A DNA stretch of 64,000 nt from Lytechinus pictus (taxonomy: Eukaryota), in NCBI RefSeq assembly GCF_037042905.1, contig NC_087251.1, positions 39,742,001-39,806,000 of the forward strand, written 5' to 3'. Positions 39,775 to 53,525 of this stretch are shown piece after piece (within the stretch, counting starts at the first letter, position 1; the number at the start of each line of letters is the position of its first letter). Under the pieces are notes generated by a model. The model had not been told where the DNA came from, searched no databases, and worked only from the letters and a program-made list of their open reading frames with translations. Both the position numbers and the translations under genes were made by a program.

Positions 39775-40364
39775 AGGACAAGTCCACCCCAACAAAAAGT
39801 TGATTTGAATAAAAAGAGAAAAATCCAACAAGCATAAAACCAAATTTCATGAAAATCGAATGTAAAATAAGAAAGTTATGACATTTTAAATTTTCGCTTA
39901 ATTTCACAAAACAGTTATATGCACATCCTGGCTGGTATGCAAATGAGGAGACTATGAGGTCATCCACTCACTATTTCTTTTGTATTTTATTATATGAAAT
40001 ATTCTAATTTTCTCCTCATTGTCAAGACGTGATACAACGATTAATTTTTCCCTGAACATGTGGAATTATCATTCTTTAATACTATATGGTTCAGTCAAGT
40101 TGGTCGTTATTGTCAAATCTATAAGTATAAAAAATGAAATATTGTATAATTTAAACAATAAAAAATAAAAGAAATAGTGAGTGATGACATCATCAACTGA
40201 CTCACCTAGTTGTGCATATCACTGTTTTGTGAAAAATATGCGAAACTTTAAAATGTCATAACTTTCTTATTTTACATCCGATTTTGATGAAATTTTCAGC
40301 ACTATGCTAGTTTGATTTTTCTCTATTTATTCAAGTCAACGTTTTCCTGGGGTGGACTTAACCT
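39775..40364. mobile_element. Kolobok-like non-autonomous element
   Basis: TTAA on both sides; TIR aggacaagtccacccc / ggggtggacttaacct; long internal inverted repeats. Confidence 0.8.
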
Positions 40365-41091
40365 TTAATTAGCAGGCTTTCGGGTTTTTATTTAGAGGCT
40401 ATTGAGTTAAAATTCTTGATGTGCAATATAAATTGAAAACAAATACAATTATCATATTTTGTAAGCTTGGTTGCCTGCTGGGTGTGGGGTTGCTGTTTTG
40501 CTAAAGCCTTTTAAATCTTGAGTCAATTTTGTTTGAAATGCCACCATGATTTCGACAATGTAGGCTTATTTCGTGAAAATTGCACAGAAAGTAGTTGCAG
40601 AGAGTATGACCTGAATTGTAATTCACAATTTTTAAGCCAAATATTATTTGAACCTGAGGTCAACAAATATAGACTATGTTATGCTATCAGTATACAGAAA
40701 TATTAACCATAGGTTAAGATTTTGACATTTGAAAAATTATTGCTAAATACTATTTTGAAATGATGAAGTCCTTTAAGACATTTGAATGGTTGTCCAGTAT
40801 CACCAATTATGTCAGTGGAATTTCCGGTCACTGGGTCAAAGTCATAGCTCGTTTGAAGTCAGTAAAACTTACTGGTTGGTGAAATTTATATTTTATCACA
40901 ATTTAAAAATATGTTGAAATAAATTCAATAAAATCTCTGTAAAAGATAGTCATTAGACACCACAAATCTTATTTTATGATCAATTAAAATCTAGTTATAA
41001 TTTGGTATTATTATTATTATTAGTAGTAGTAGTAGTAGTAGTATCATCATCTATTATAATAATTATTTATTATTATCATTATTTCTTTCAG

Positions 41092-41270
41092 TTGTTGTAG
41101 ACAAAAAGCGGAGAGGACAAGGGTTGGGTAGATGTGTAATGGAGATGGCCGAACAACATGCAGCAAAAGCTGGTTTCCACAGGATGTATCTCTGCACCAA
41201 GGATAAACAAGGATTTTATGAACATCTAGGATACTCCTTCTGCAAGCCTGTCAACACAGTTGGAGCCATG
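41092..41270 (+). CDS. NAA80: NAA80 exon 3 (GNAT acetyl-CoA motif)
   Basis: VVVDKKRRGQGLGR...MYLCTKDKQGFYEHLGY; phase 1-0; not in ORF track. Confidence 0.93.
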
Positions 41271-42059
41271 GTAAAGAAACATTATGTCATATGTTAGAAA
41301 AGTTTAAGTTTCCATCCTGTTAATTCAATCAGATTTAAAAATTTTGTTGGATTTTTGTTTGACCAATGGCATTTTTTGGGCCAATACAATTTCCTATTGG
41401 TTTATTGGTCCAGTACTTTATTTTCCCTACTAGAACCAACAGACACAGAGCTCTAATGGTATCTGATAACCTTTTGGAATTTTAACCTAGGTTAGGATGT
41501 AAATGGCAGTAAAAGTCTTCACAGTTAGTATTTTGTGATCTGCATTTAAAATGAACTTTATTTAATCAAAGTCCAATCTTTGTTTGTTTGTAAGAATTTG
41601 TTATTTTCTAATGTAATAGGTTTGAGCGAAAGAGAATGATTGTGAGTTTTTGTGATCTATTGGTATTATTCCCAAAGTTTGAAAAACTTTTAATAAGTAA
41701 GTGGTGATATACAAGAAATTGTGTGCAGGCAAGCCAGGATCCGACGACCTGGGGTGGTATTCTGGAACACTCATAACTTTTGTCATAAATTTTGTCATTT
41801 CTCTTCGAGACGTGACACCGCTATGATTGTCACAAATCGGTATTTTGAACATTGTCTTTTCCCTGTCATATCTTTCTAAGTTCCGCCCATCTTTTCGGGA
41901 GCAAACCAATCAAAATCGTTAGTTCCCAGTTCCTGCCCAATTACTCAATTTCTTTCGCATTGGTGAAGGTTGTTGATTAGAATCAGAGAGAACCTAGTCA
42001 AGAACACATATTGCTGCAACACAAGTTGGTCATTGCTATTGTTTATATGATTCTTACAG

Positions 42060-42410
42060 ATGCTAGAAACCTGTGACTGTGCAGTTGACACAAACACATC
42101 ACTACCGGTCAAAGACTCAGGATCTAATTGCTGTAAGTCTACTGATACCGAAGCCATATCGTCAAGCCATATCAGCAACTCAGAAACCATAGAAAGTGGA
42201 AAGAAGTGCTGTAAAAGCAAAGAGACAGCGTGTAGTTCAGCTTCCGTATGTGATGGTGACAAGGAGGAGAAGGTGGAAGCACCACCTTGTGAACCTCCAA
42301 AGGGCGTCGCTCCTCCCCCGCCCCCTCCTCCACCTCCGATAGCCGTATCCTCCACCAAACCAGCACTCCGTATTGATTGGATGGTAAAGGATGTTGTCCA
42401 TATAGCATAG
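42060..42410 (+). CDS. NAA80: NAA80 exon 4 (polyproline loop and final strand)
   Basis: acag acceptor, poly-Pro tract, IDWMVKDV matching NAA80 C-terminal IFWMEKDI; TAG stop; CDS 759 nt = 252 aa. Confidence 0.88.
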   Translation: MLETCDCAVDTNTSLPVKDSGSNCCKSTDTEAISSSHISNSETIESGKKCCKSKETACSSASVCDGDKEEKVEAPPCEPPKGVAPPPPPPPPPIAVSSTKPALRIDWMVKDVVHIA

Positions 42411-43062
42411 CAACCTCAGATGTCTTTCTACACCAGTGGACTGTTTCATAAAGCTGTTCGTAAAGGTACGCCCGACTTTTTGAATGACTGGCATGTTCTT
42501 ACATGCAAGCTTGTTTTCAGTGATCCATCCAATCAAGAACGTTTTCAGGCAATTCTTTCTCGACCATGCCTTTTTTCATATTTTATGCACAAGGTCTCGT
42601 GAAAGATGACAAAATCGATATTTAAGTTATGAATTTTGTTTCCGAATAGATAGCCGTAAAAGCGAGAAAAGGCTTAAAATCGTAACTTGCTGGTGCAAAT
42701 GGAAATTAAATAGCACCTCATTCTATTGTTCTAACTCAGTCATGCGTGCATTATGAATGTTGAGATTAGCTTCAAATGAAAGAGGGGAAACATACTTTAT
42801 ATTGATGTACAATCTCATGAAGCTAATTTATGATTATGATGGCAAAATATTACACTGAATTCTGGTTTCCTTTTTCTGGGGACACACTGTATAGAGCACA
42901 AGGAATGGTCGTCCAGGTGTGCGTAAAGTCATTCTTAACTTACGAACAGCTTTATGAAAACCCACCAGTGCTGCTATTCAGTTCATCTGTGTCTCTGCCA
43001 AAGTCAAGGTCCAAGGCCAAGTTCCAGCTTTTGAGTCCTGAAAGCTGCATACCTGAACTACT

Positions 43063-43451
43063 TGGTCTTTCCTCTAGAAATCTTTGGTTGAACTCATAGT
43101 TTATGCAGATTTCCTGTATAAATTACGCTTATTTACAGCGTATATTAAAAACTGTCCAATGCTGATATGCGCGCTTTTGTCACAGTGCACTAAGCTGACG
43201 CCTGTTGCCGTGGTTATCCACGCTACTTTATTTGTGAGTCCACTGTTTTGAATTATTGAGTCCACTCTTCAAACAGTGGAGTCATGAATAAAATAGCATA
43301 CTTAACCATGGCAACAGGTGTCAATTTGGCGCACTGTGACAAAAGCGTGCATCAGCATTGGCCATTTTTTTTATATACGCGGTAAATAAGCGTAATTTAT
43401 ACAGGAAATCTGCATAAACCATGGGTTCAACCAATGGTTTTAAAAACCACC
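43063..43451. mobile_element. long foldback element (~190-bp arms)
   Basis: tttatgcagatttcctgtataaattacgcttattta... / ...taaataagcgtaatttatacaggaaatctgcataaa; centre near 43255. Confidence 0.88.
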
Positions 43452-44167
43452 TGTGTGAATATGGGCCATTTTGTCTGCTATCAATTTGGTCTAATTTTCA
43501 TTCAGTATAATCCCCAGTTGGTCCAATTTCCACTTTGTCTTTGTTGAAGGAAAATTTGTTCATCTAACCATATAGTTAAACTGATGTTAGACTAAATGGA
43601 TGTTAGATGTAAAATAGGTATAGCTAAATGGAAATCAGACCAAATTGTTAGGAGACAGACTGGTTGCAGATGAAGCGGTAGGAGTAGACTGTGTGGCATG
43701 AGACAATAGTGGTTCACAGATTTTTTAGCCAGTAAAGTCTTCTACCTCCGGAACATTTATTGTGCCTCATATATCCCATAGACTTTCTATATAAAAATGT
43801 TGCTGAGTATTTTTCTTGCTGAACTCTGTCCCACCGCATCTGAAATAGCTGGAAGGAATTATGTGCCCTTCTCCATGAGCAGTCTTTGTACTTTGAATTG
43901 GACTTCTGATTCTGTGAAGTATACATGCGCCTTCTTTATAAAAATTGAAAGTATTGTGGTCCCTTTTGCCCTTGATCCATGGTCAAATAAATGATGATGA
44001 TACTGATGACGAATAGCATTTATATAGTGCTGTTTGTTTTATATGAGAGAGATAGAATTAATTTTACAGTTGATATCATTTAAAAGTCATGACATACTAG
44101 AAAGTTATATTTTCTTACATTCTGAGCCATGGTGAGCTAAAATCCCTTCTCTCTTCTATTCTTTATA

Positions 44168-44652
44168 TGTGACTTACCACCCCAAAAACACCAATAAGTC
44201 GCCCGGTAAGGTTCTCTGTTAATAGCCAAAATAGTAATTTAGTCTCCAAACCCCCCCCCCCCCCAAAAAAAAAAAAAAAAAAAACTTATCTGTATGAACA
44301 ATTCTTCTTCTTCATACTGTGAAAATTTGAAGTCATGAAATTGAATAAAAGAAAAGATACAGGAGTTTCTTTGACACTAGTACTTTTTCGGACTGCTTGG
44401 AAGTTTCATTGAGATCACACAGTATGCATTCTCATGCTTGAGTGAACCTCAAACTTCAAACCTTGTTTTCTCCTTATTTGTTATGCTCTTGCTGAATTTC
44501 CTGTGCATTCAATCAAGTACTTGTAATGGTTATTGTTGGTCAATTTTAACATATCATTTTAAAGCTTAGGAAATGAATTTCCAAGCTAAATAAAAATCTC
44601 AATATTCATCATTTTGGTCGACTTATTGTTGGTTTTGGGGTGGCAGGTCACA
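44168..44652. mobile_element. MITE with TGT...ACA ends in TATA context
   Basis: TIR tgtgacttaccaccccaaaaacaccaataagtcg / cgacttattgttggttttggggtggcaggtcaca. Confidence 0.8.
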
Positions 44653-46434
44653 TATATATGAACAATTGTTTTTTTAAATAATTAATACAATTTGTCTTGA
44701 TTGTGATATCACTACTATGATGAAAGAAATTCTTGCCAGATGAGAAATTAAACATATTTTACTTATGTATCTATTTTGGGTGCATGATAAACCGGTTCAT
44801 ACAGTTCTTCTACAAATTAAGTGGGATATAAAATGCCAAATTATTAGCCAAAGGTTGTCCTTTTTATCTGATATTTAGAGAAGGTGCAAGGCATCTCAAT
44901 ATTCCCATTAATATTCAAATTGTACTACTTTTCATAAACAGTATGCATTTTTTTATACTATATTTGAAAATATGTAGCCAATAGGCATTTACCTCATATA
45001 CTCACTGCTACATACTCACAATGCTGAACAAATAATACATGTAGTACTAGTAAGATCCATCCTTAGTGTTGTTTATTTTTGTATTTTGTACTTTAGAATC
45101 CCCATTCTAAACATTTATTACATACTGTACCCTTTGGATCATTTCATCAAGCACTGGAGTCGATCTTGAAATGAATGTCAATTTTAAGACTTGTCACATT
45201 AGAAAGTCATGAATACTAGTATTGTGGTGTAGGGATTTCACAATTGATATTAGGCTATCAAATTAAGATCACAAATAGTACCTTCCTTTGTTATTAAAAC
45301 TGTGGAACATGCTGGAGAGCAACAGGAACATTACTCTCATGGGGAATTGCAAGAAACTTGCTATCAATTTCAAGTCAATATTGGTTCCCCAAATCAATCA
45401 TTTGTCTTGCAATCAATTGCAAATTTGAATTCTATTGCTGGTCTGCTTTTTGAAATGAGAAATTAAAATTGATTTACTGTAGTTGATCTATTATTGTAAA
45501 TTTGCAATTAATTTTTATGCCCCCGCAGACTGAAGACCGAAGCATTAAGTGTTGCCCCTGTCCATCCGTCCCAACACTTGGTTTCCACGCAATAACTCGA
45601 AAAATATTTAATGGAGTTTAATATTTTTTGGTGTGTAGGTAGATGACACCACAACAAACAAACAAAATTGGGTATGTAGGTAGATGACACCAAAATACAG
45701 GCTAAGTTCGGCGAATTCGGTGTCCGCAGGTCAAAGCTCATTAAATATGCGAGTTGGTATCCACATGATAACTTTGGAAATATTCACCAGATATGAAAAA
45801 TGTTTGGTGTCTGAGTAGATGACACCAAAATACAGGCTAAGTTTGAAATCAGAGCCCACAGGTCAAAGCTCATGCTGCAAGTAGCTGAATTGAAAAATTT
45901 GATGAGACAGCAAGACCACATTTCCATATGACAAAATGAAGTGAGGGATTATCCACACCAAAAGACCTGACTGTCATATCTTCTGTCAGAGATTATTGTG
46001 GAAAGGGCGAGTCTTTAGAGCAGATATTGAATTTTTTTTAAATGTGGTTTTCTTTTTGAAACCCAGATACAGCCCGCCAAGTGACTTTTTGGTTTCCTTT
46101 CTTTGATTTTTTGCTCACTCATGCATGAATGAGGAATAATCTAATTAATTTCAGATGAAAGAGGAGATTCTAAGCTTTACAATGGTAGGTCATTTGTCTA
46201 TTGTATTTGTGATTAAGTTAAGATAAATCATCAATAAATCTCAGTTTCGTTTTTGTGTGGGACGCACTGTATAGTCAGCTTTAAGGTCTGAATGAAATCA
46301 GATGTCAAAGTAGACTAGAAATTTTCTGACAGGTTTCTATTTCACATACTGAATGTCTTGAAAACTGCCGCCTGAAATAGGGGCTTATGGAAGCACTGGA
46401 TCTTAATGTTTAGGGGCTCACAGAATGAACAATA

Positions 46435-47557
46435 CCCGGGGGGTTCCAGTCAAATATATTGATGTACACACACATGATCAAAAAATGTGTTTAAAGGGGT
46501 GTTTTTACATTTTTTTTTGCAGGCCGTGCGTGCACTCGTTAAGGGTATCAAAAACACTGATTTTCAAAAAAAGGGGTAGTTTTGAAAGACCAGTCAATGC
46601 TCAATCGCAGGGTCAAGCGTCTTTAGGGTATGTTTTTTTTTTCCAAAGCTTTTTTTTAAAGATTAGCCAAACGTGTTTAGGGTTTGTTTTTTCCCCAGGG
46701 TCATATTCTGGCGACATCTTGTTTAGGGGCCAAAATGTGTAAATAAAGCCTGCGAAAATCTAGTTTAGGGGGTTATTTTGCACACAGAGAAAAACTCGTT
46801 TAGGGGGTGTTTGGAAGTAATTTGGCCACGCGCTTGTACAGCAAAACATTTGACTGCCCCCCCCCCCCCCGGGAACAATATAACAGAGAATGAGAGATTT
46901 AGGAATGGGGAGAACGGTTTGGTAAATGAAAATGGGTAAAAATATAAACTTAGGAACAACTGGCAAGACGTGAAAAAGGGGCATCTGGGCCATACATACC
47001 CCCGGGGAGCCAGTCATATGTATTACTGTACACACGCGTGGCCAAATTATTTCCAAACACCCCCTAAATGAATTTTTCTGTGTGCAAAATAACCCCCCAA
47101 ACAGGTTTTTTGCGAGCTCCATTAACACATTTTGGCCCCTAAACAAGTTGCCGCCAGAATATGACCCCTAAAAAGTTTTGTCTTCTTGCTAACAATATAT
47201 TTAAATATAGACAGAACTATATTCATGGGTATTGCGCACCCCTCAGTGCAGTTCGGGTTAAAATACCACAATCGGGAAGAACCTGAACACTTTTCAGAAA
47301 CGAGGAGGAAAAAGCCCCGGGAAAAAAAAACATACCCTAAACACGTTTGACTAATCTTAGAAAAAAAAAGCTTTGGGAAAAAAACACCCTAAATATGTTT
47401 GACCCCACGATTGACCATTGACTAGTCTTTAAAAACCACCCTTATTTTTGAAAATCAGTGTTTTTGATACCCTTAACGAGTACGCGCGTAAAAAAAACCC
47501 TTTAAACGCATTTTTTGGGTCACGCGCGTGTACAGCAATATATTTGACTCCCCCGGG
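46435..47557. mobile_element. two CCCGGG-terminus elements in inverted orientation (46435-46873 and 47001-47557)
   Basis: First copy flanked by aacaata; start of first matches reverse complement of end of second (agtcaaatatattg.tgtacac). Confidence 0.82.
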
Positions 47558-48218
47558 ACTTATAGTGCCATTATATGTTAGTGCCCCTCAACCCCCCACC
47601 CACCATTGCAAGTTGTTGATAATGAAATTTGGTGCTATTGGCTTTCCATAGTGAAGATTCTAAGATTCCATTTCAGTTTGGGCTGGACAGGGCCTGATTT
47701 GATTGTAGATTACGTGTATCTCATGTTGTAGTGACAGCATTTATGGAAGCATTCTTCATACTACATGTCGAATCCTTTTAAAAATCAATGTTGCATGAAA
47801 GGAGAATGAACATAATTATTATGTGTGTGTCTACCAGTACTTGTATTAATCATTTGCTATAATTCATTGTAGCCCAAATCAGGGAAATGTTAAATCATTT
47901 TCAATACGTGTATATTTTTGCAATATTTTTTTACTCTTTTGAGTCATATATATCTGCTGCAATTTGGAATGTTTAGTAATTGTATTTAATTTGATTGAAT
48001 TAAATTTATTTGAAATTCTATGAAAATCTGTCTTTTCTTTTCTTTTTTTATTCAAGTGATATGTGTCCAATCAAGTTTGAAAAAAAGACAAAAATGTGAT
48101 GGCATAAAATACAGATAATCATAAGGGAAAAAACTTCAGTACTAAATTTAAAAAAAATGATTATGAACTTGAAAGTATAAGTATTACACAAATCCTTCTT
48201 TGTATAGCTACATCTATA

Positions 48219-50185
48219 CACAACAAAAAAAGTAAGTCCCCCCTTAAACAAACATCAATAATTTTCGAACCAATGCGAGTTTTTAATATATTTTTACATG
48301 AGCGTGTAGGTAATTTTATAAGCTACCCTCTGAGTAAATGTTATGGACATATTTTACGTCATGCCTTGAGCAGTGAGCACCGTCAGAAGGCAAAAATGTC
48401 ACTTTTCAAAAGTCACAAGCCAAATATCATGACTTTGATTCCATTTAATTGGAAATAATTCCACATTCTCATCATGAAATAAAGTCAGAAGGCTTGTAAA
48501 AGGTACTTTCTAAAAGACGATACAACTTTTTTGGCTAAATTTCACGGTTGAATAAACACAAGTCCAAATTTGCTATAATTTGATTTTTTTACACATTTCT
48601 ATCAATAAAACTGATCGAATATGATGACAGTTATTTTTGGGAAGAGTATCTTCAACAATATTCATCGTTTCACGGTTCAATTGAAAACAAAAAATAAGAT
48701 TTTCAAATATCATATACATTTAAGTAGGCCTATTGTTTCATTTTGGTAACTGAAAATGATCTCAACTTTTTTGTTGTGTTCATGACCAATTAACATGTTT
48801 CAATGATTCAAAGGCGTTTAATTAAACATTCACGCTTACATGTGGAATGTGATTAGCTCTTTTTTACGTTATTGGAAAAAATGCAATTTGTAACTGGATA
48901 TCTGCCACAAACCTTGCATAGTTCATTTGATTTGATTTTTATGAAAATTCCGACATTTCATGCTTCAGTGAGCACACAATATTAAAAAATTATGCAAATG
49001 AGAAGAAAGTTCAAGGCCTTGGCCCCACTCTGTGCCGTATCGAATGGTTATTTTGGTGTGCGCGCCTTTTGGATAGTGTTACTCTGAAGCCATGTGCGAA
49101 GTTTCATGAAATAACTGTTGGCAGAAGTAACAAAAACCGTCCATGAAACAAACCCTCATTTCACATTTGTTAAAATTTTGACTTCCTCTCTCATAGACAT
49201 TGTGTACATTATGGGTGCATATGTTTAAGAATAAGTAACCCCTTATTCAATATGGTGAAACTTTTTTTCAAGGCTGTCTTTAGCAATGTCACTTGGCAGT
49301 AATGTTTATCAACCTATGGGCAGAATTCTGTGCAAAAATGAAATTGATCTGTTTATTTATGGATGAGCATGCATCAAAGTGGGAAAAGGGGTATTTTCAA
49401 TGCCACAGACTCACTTTAAAGGGTAATGAAGTGAATATTGGGGGCAAATTCGGTTTCAAATGTGACTTTAATTGCTGTTGTTTTTATCATTCATCATTTC
49501 TATCACCACACACTTTCCAAACTTTTAACATTTTCATGGTTGAGCGATCACATTAAAAAACCTAGGAATGAATACTCTTTATACTGCATAAATGTATTCT
49601 TTTCCTAACAATTTCTCAGGATCACTTTAATTTATGGACAAATCAGTGGAGGATCCAGAATTTTAAAATGGCCTATAATCGGGGGAGCCACCAACATTTT
49701 CAAATTTTAACATGATCTAACAAGTTGTAGAGGATACTACCATTATAGTACCATAAACCCCTATGATATGTCACAATACAGGGGCCGCGGAATGGTTTTC
49801 AAAGTGGGGGTGCTGAGCCAATTTAGGGGGGGGGCCCGTGCGATACATTGTGCTCACTCAACCATAAACATACGATATCAAACTTGTGTGTGGAGTGGCT
49901 AAATGATGGATATTAAAACGGCATTAACACCATAAAATTTACCTAAAAACAACTTTGCCCAACTTTGTATTTGCACAATCTGAAAAACGACTCTTGTGAC
50001 TTTAAAAAATTGTCATTTTTAATTCAATCTTTAATTACTCATGCATGACTCAACCAATCAATCTCATTTTTCCCCAGGAGTTGCTTAATGAGTGTAGAAA
50101 ACCACCTACGAAATATATTTCAAAATAATTCCGTTCTAAAGTTACAGCAATTTGATTTAGGGGGACTTACTTATTTTGTTGTGTG
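48219..50185. mobile_element. ~2-kb non-autonomous TIR element, CAC...GTG ends in TA context
   Basis: cacaacaaaaaaagtaagtccccc / gggggacttacttattttgttgtg; no transposase ORF seen. Confidence 0.7.
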
Positions 50186-50426
50186 TATATATACATGAAT
50201 GGTAGATTTATACATTGGATGGTTCTAAATGACATACCAGCAATACTGGCTCAAACAAGTACAATATCACTGCTAATCCATGCAGAAAAGTCATCCACTA
50301 TACCGGTAATCATCATTAACCGGCCACATAGAAACATTGTTTAGCGCTAACAATGGGCTAACAGAGGATGTTATGTCGCAGCCATGATTTACGTTTTGGG
50401 TCAACGTTTAACATTACAATCCAAAA

Positions 50427-50803
50427 CAGGGTGCTACATAACTTTTTTAGAAGCACTTGCCCAGTCGGGCAAGTAAATTTTTAAATAGTTGGAATATACT
50501 TGCCCAAAAATCTATTTCACTTGCCCGAAAAAAACCTTGGAAAAAAAAAGTTTTACCTCTTCAAAGAAAGTTTTGTGGTTTTATAAATCATTTACCCTTT
50601 TCTCTCTTTTGACAAACTGATCTACTTTATTATTGCATTTCTTTTTCCAAAGTTATTTTATCTTGCCTGCCATGACCAAAATTAGGGTCAATATCATATC
50701 ATCGACCCTAATTTTGGTCATTCTACTGTGAGAATTTTGCTTGCCCAATTCGAGCTAGTAGTTTTGCACCGGGCAATCGGGCAAGTGCTTATGTAGCACC
50801 CTG
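50427..50803. mobile_element. hAT-like MITE
   Basis: TIR cagggtgctacataa / ttatgtagcaccctg; subterminal cttgccc repeats; no clean TSD. Confidence 0.7.
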
Positions 50804-53120
50804 TAAAAGATGTGACTGGGTGTACTGTTAGTGCTCTGTTCACACTCACAATATTTTTGTGGAGCTGGTACAGTGCTATATGGTACGATATTGCACATGG
50901 GGAATTTAAGTAAGATTTTGGTACAGTTAAAGTACAGCAGTATCGAAATACTTGCCATGTCATGGACAATTTTTCCCTCCACCTCAGGTTTAGATGACAT
51001 GTATTATTTGTTTAAATGATAAAGTGATATAGGTAGGAAGACAAATAAGGAAAGTGGCAGTTAAGGCTAGCTGAAACATTTCGTCTTCTTGATACTGACT
51101 GATTTACTGCCTTTTTTCCACTGTACCAATTCATGATCACGTAAAGAGCACAGTGCTATACCACCATTCCCGAGGCTTGATAAAATATAGTAATGAAATT
51201 ATATTTTGTATTTTCATACTCGTATCAACTTTACAAAAGACACATAGCGCTAAATGTTGTGGGATGTTCTATACTTTTAATAAATATCAATATAATATAT
51301 TGTCTATATTCTCAGAAATGCCACAGTTTCAACATGTGATGTCAGATGTAAAAAATTCTAGTATTGCCTGTTAATGTCTTGATATTTCAAGAAAACAACT
51401 TAAAAATGAATATTATAAATAAAACATTCACATTCCCGTATATTGTCGATGGGCAGTGCCTTTAAGGACAACAACCAGGGACAACATCTTACAACAGTAA
51501 TACTGACTTCATAAAAAAAAAACAAGCAATATAATGAAACTGAATTTGTTTCTACTTTAAGCATTGCTTTCTTCTTCTAGGGGAAATTCAAAAGGATACT
51601 AAAGATCCTACAGTCAGAAAGGACTGTTTAAACCACTATGCTATCAAACTTATTGGTATCTACATTTATGCATTAAAAAAATGACAGACACAATTTTCTG
51701 TTAAATAGACAATTACATCTTTTTATCTGCTTCCTCTCGCCAATAAAGTAGGGCAGAAGTTAACTATTGCATACTGCCGAAAATAGATGTGTAAATTAAT
51801 TTTTTTCCCCTTATTTCAGAGTGCAAATAGACTTCTTTGTAATTTGCACTATATACAAACTGGTTAGCATTAGTATTTCATTTAAAATTTCATCTAAAAT
51901 AGCCTAGGAAAATCATTGCATCAATAAATTGCACTGATAAGCTCTACATTTTTTTTTATATAAAAGTTTTATATAATGTGCAAACTGTATTTTATAAAAT
52001 ATTTCCAAACAAGTAAATTTGAATATTTATATTCTTCTTTGAGTTCTTGAGGGAAATTCAGCCTACAATAGAAAACGTTCTACCTTGTAGACCCAATATA
52101 CATGCGATTAATCAAATTAGTGAAGTAAAATAAACTGACATGACACTGTGCTTCATAGATGGTGTCCTTGTTTTAACTTAATCAAGTTTATACTGACAAA
52201 ACGATTGACAGAGAATTGCCCATAAAGACTACTTATATGTAGGAAGACAAGAAAATGGGTCTCAATGAACATTGGTCTTTATGTACAGGTTTCTGTAATG
52301 CATGTTTCAAGAAGGAAAAGTAATGAATCAAAATTGTTGTCTTTTAGACAGATGGTCCCTCTGCATACATACAGATGATCGCTCAATAAATCAGTTTAAA
52401 ATTTTCCATCATATATGCATAAATATTGCATAAATATTGTAATTTTGCCTACAAATTGCACAAGATTTATCATTGAATCAAATAAGGGGCACGCACTATT
52501 ACAATGTTATACATTACCTGTAAAATAACAGTACTGTACATAAATTTATAATTGACTGCAATAATTTAGATTTACAACACATATTCTGACACAAGTTTTA
52601 ATTAAGATAAAATCTAATTTAAAAAAAGTAATAAAGTGCATACAATTGAGCACTCTATTTAGATTGCTGTAAAAAGAAGAAAAAAAAATAAGAATACGCG
52701 TCTTGATTCTTTGTTCAAAATGATGCCGTTATTATCATATCAATAAACCGACGGTTACCCTGTTTCACAGGAGTTACATTGCAAATGTAAAGCTGCATAA
52801 TGAACATCTTTGGTAAAAGATAGGGTCTAGACTGGGCCCTGAATTATAAAGCTTAGTGATCATCGTAAGGCTGCTTGCTGTGATCATTATTTAGATCATA
52901 CAATAAGTTTTTGATATGGGGCTATACCAAATACACACTATATACAGAAACTCTAAAAGGTATCAAAATTAGCATTTAATATGTTAATCATTGGGAGGAG
53001 GGCACATCACATCACAAAAATCCAAATAACAAACACACAAGGTAGAACTCTGTTTATCCAGGTAGACTTGTCATTAAGAATAAGCTTTCAGCATCATACA
53101 TGTACCATGGCATCAGTTTC

Positions 53121-53525
53121 CTAGTCTCGATGATGGACGGTTCGACTATTATCTTCTGCCATCAGTCCCTTCACTAGTCTTTCCAGCTCAAAAAGATGTG
53201 CATCGTTGCAGTCTGGGACCAGCTTTCTCATGGTGACAGCAAGCTGCAGCAAGTAGTCCTTGTTCTTCCCACTGGGTCCCTCAGAACAAAGGATCTGATT
53301 GGCTATCTCTTCCAGGGGAGCAGGTCCTAGAAACGAAGGGTTACAGGGAGTGGCAATGTAGACTAGGACTTCCAAGGGTTCCTGGACGGAGCCATCCGGA
53401 GACTGAATCGGATAAAACATCACGGCTTTCGTGGTGTAGCCATTCTTTTCCCTGAAGTCAAGATACTCCTTCACACTGTCTCTATCACTCTCGGCGACAT
53501 GATAGGCAATGCCCCATACATCCTC
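53121..53525 (-). CDS. CHAC2: glutathione-specific gamma-glutamylcyclotransferase CHAC2, exon 3
   Basis: EDVWGIAY..YLDFREKNGY..FLGPAPLEEIANQI..GPSGKNKDYL..HLFELE; CAG acceptor, TAG stop. Confidence 0.94.
   Translation of the reverse strand, partial: EDVWGIAYHVAESDRDSVKEYLDFREKNGYTTKAVMFYPIQSPDGSVQEPLEVLVYIATPCNPSFLGPAPLEEIANQILCSEGPSGKNKDYLLQLAVTMRKLVPDCNDAHLFELERLVKGLMAEDNSRTVHHRD

Noticed and set aside
41945-42536. Minus-strand Gly-rich ORFs
   Set aside because: Antisense shadows of NAA80 exon 4
25690-46272. One giant Tc1/mariner element bounded by cagtgcgtccc (25690) and gggacgcactg (~46270)
   Set aside because: Ends are 20 kb apart around host genes, and a third similar end occurs at ~42890; independent fragments of a common family are more likely
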